The position numbers were made by a program, and so were the translations under genes. A DNA stretch of 64,000 nt from the human T2T-CHM13v2.0 reference genome, Homo sapiens: the NCBI RefSeq assembly GCF_009914755.1, contig NC_060930.1. One strand, written 5' to 3'. This document shows positions 61,126-64,000 of the stretch, in pieces. Below the pieces are notes generated by a model, which ran no database searches, was not told the origin of the DNA, and saw only the letters and a list, made by a program, of their open reading frames with translations. The first letter of the stretch is position 1. Each line of letters begins with the position of its first letter.

Positions 61126-61585
61126 TGCTAGGGGTTGAATTGTGTCTTCCTTCCCCATGAAAGGGTATGTGGGAGTCCTATCTCCTTGCACCTGCGAATG
61201 TGACTTTATTTGGAAATAAGATCTTTGCAGATTTCATCAAGTTAAGATGAGGTCATGAAGGTGAGCCCTGATACAATATGACTGCTGTTTTTGTAAAAGG
61301 GGAAGAGAACTCTGTGTGAAAGAGACGCAGAGGGAGAAGGCGGCCCTGTGAAGATGGAGGCACAGGTGTGAGAGATGCTGCCACAAGCCCAGGAATGCCC
61401 GGGGCTGCTGGAAGCTGAAAGAGGCAAGGAAGGATCCTCCCCTTGAAGGTTCAGAAAGAGCGTGGCCCTGCCAGCACCTTGATTTCAGACTGCTGGCCTC
61501 CAGAACTGTAAGAAAATCTATTTCTGTCATCTGAAGCCACCCAGTTTATGGTACTTTGTAACAGCAGCTCTGGGAAGCTGACACA
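61126..61585 (+). mobile_element. MLT1C/D-like MaLR solo LTR
   Basis: tgctaggggttgaattgtg...ccacaagcccaggaatgcc...ccagaactgtaaga; TSD ctggc / gtggc. Confidence 0.85.
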
Positions 61586-62539
61586 GTGGCCCCACTACTA
61601 GTTAGAGTCCATAGGACTGGAAGTTCTATTAGTTTGTAAAATAAACATTCCTAAAGCCCACCTTTAACGTGGAAAACCTGGTGACTCAAATTAGAGATGT
61701 ATTACATGATTATATAGAAATTGAAATAGATTGGATGGAATAGGGGCAGGTGATTAAGAAGAAAAGAAAATTGCCTAAAAAGGCCCAAGCCACCACCTTG
61801 CTCATGGATAAGAGAAAACAACTTGTAAAAGTTGAAAGGGACTCAAATGAATGTCAGGGCAGGAAGAGTGATGGGGGCCATAATTCAACGGTCTTGGGGG
61901 AGCTGGCATTTTCATGCTGATTAATCTAAGATTTCGGCTTGAACAAGGGATAAGGTTTACAGACTAAAAATTAGCCACAAGGTATAACTTTACCTCTGGC
62001 TTAACAGAAGACTGAAAGAATAAAGCAAGCAGCTGTGTCAGAACTTGCCAGGCAATGTGAAATACTGTGGTTTGAACAAAGCTGAGTTGGGCTGAGAATG
62101 AATTACAGGAAGAAAGGCAGGAAGAAAAAGAAAGAGCTCTGGGGCTATTTATTCTTTGTGTACAGGACGCATTGAAGAAAGTACTGAGTCCCACGTCACC
62201 AACCCAGCTGGAAAACGTGGGGGCAACCAAAGCACAGAGAACATGAGTCACCAGCTCCTCACTCTCAGGAGCTCCATATTTGGGAGCCCAGCAAAGGGCT
62301 TATCATTTTTCGGATGGAGTCCCATGGGTTCTGGGGCTGCTGCTAGCTTCAGCTAAATGTGGTGCGTGTCTTCAAAATTAGAACTGACAATGGTGACCTT
62401 GGAGTCTTGCAACCTAGTGTTTCAGGGGAAAATAGTACCTAGATCTCAGCAGAGTGGGGATAGAGGAAGACATGGAGCTGCATGCTGTTGCCCGTGCATC
62501 AGCCAATCAGTTGGTCAGCCCTCTTGAACTGTTTAAGAC

Positions 62540-63006
62540 TACCATGGACATTTGCTGTTTTCACCTACCCAGCATCTGTTCCTCCTCTGCTTCTAGGAAC
62601 CATCTTTTGACTTTCTTTTGGGAGACTTGCATTTCTCTCTTCTTAGACCCTGGTGCCAGGGGTGGGTGCATGGCCACAGTCTGGACAATCAGAGTATTCC
62701 ATTGTCCTGGGGGCTGCAACTGGTTTAGGGAAGGGTCATAGCACAAGTCAGCCCAAACAGAGTTCATCCTAGGGACTTTTACAAAAGCTACTGGGGACAA
62801 GATGCCGTCAGCTGGGTTGCTGGGAGGATGCGGGTGTGTGGAGCTGCATGTGACCATCTTGCTATGGGTTCAAAGAGGGACCATGTCCTGATGAGGTGGA
62901 GCCCCTGTATCCACTTGTGCCTGAAGCTCTTTTCTGCTACCCAAGCTGACATACTCCATCCTTTTGTTTTCTTTTACTGGCAAGCTAAAGAGTTCTGACT
63001 AATACA
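62540..63006 (+). mobile_element. Old MLT1 (J/K/L-like) solo LTR
   Basis: ggacaatcagagtattccattgtcctgg...agagttctgactaataca. Confidence 0.6.
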
Positions 63007-63416
63007 CAGATCTCAGTAGGGCACAGTAGGTGCCATAGCAAACATCACACAAATATATGGAAGCCAAAGAGAAAATGCATATGGTATGGTGGGTCTGAAG
63101 TCAGATAGAGGAGACATGGACACAGGAATAGTCCAGAGTATTTTAGAATACTTACAAGTATTTCAAAACACATAAAATAAGGGTATTACTCCCTTAAATC
63201 CTTCTGGAATGAGGGAATAAAAACAAATATGGTTTTTAAAAGGAAACCATAGTAATTTAGTAAGAACTTCTCAAGGGGCTAGAAAAATTTAAAAAAAAAT
63301 TAAAAACCAATAGTAATTTGAATTCTTCTTGCAGTAATATGGTATAATAGCAACAACAACAACAATAATAAATCAGCCAAAACGCAAGAACTGTGGGTGT
63401 CGTGAAGTCTCCGACC

Positions 63417-63528
63417 TAGGGTGACGAATTCATCCTGGTTGGTCTGGGACTGTCCCTGTTTTAAAACTGAACGCTCTAATTTCTGGGATGCCTTTAGTCT
63501 TGGGCAGACCTGAATGGTCAGTCACATG
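63417..63528. mobile_element. MER81 hAT-Blackjack MITE
   Basis: tagggtgacgaattcatcctggttggtctgggactgtccctgttttaaaactga. Confidence 0.7.
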
Positions 63529-63653
63529 TTTTCAGGTCATTTTACTTTTCTGAGCCTTGGTTTCTTCATCAATGAATGGGGCGTATGTGGCAGGAGGAGG
63601 AGGTGGTGATAGAAACATCCATGCTTTTCAAACCATATTTTTGAGAGCTTTAG

Positions 63654-63958
<305 letters not shown>

Positions 63959-64000
63959 GAGAGCTCTAGATTTTTACTAAGAGCTGCAACAGCCACTGCA

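Noticed and set aside
62166-62356. + strand acceptor tctttgtgtacag followed by a short ORF
   Set aside because: No matching donor or poly(A) signal, and the peptide is unrecognised

Overview
This is primate, most likely human, non-coding genomic DNA dominated by interspersed repeats. I found no recognisable protein-coding gene, RNA gene or CRISPR array, and I cannot name the locus from sequence alone. Main elements: a full-length but inactivated L1PA6-like LINE-1 (~6.8-12.9 kb), two 5'-truncated L1PA copies, about ten Alus (many with visible TSDs), a full-length decayed Hsmar1 mariner, Tigger3b, hAT MITEs (MER5A, MER20, MER3, MER45B, MER81, MER94), ten solo LTRs, many MIR/L2/old-L1 relics and large GGAT, CA and GGAA simple repeats. 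The long ORFs in the track come from L1, Hsmar1 or simple repeats, or look like chance ORFs. Subfamily names are recalled from consensus sequences and need RepeatMasker/Dfam confirmation. The most notable signal is indirect. Ten of eleven LTR-derived pieces and all three L1PA copies lie on +, and several well-formed splice-site pairs lie on -, which suggests a - strand transcription unit crossing the window. I cannot support a novel biological system; the findings are testable hypotheses.
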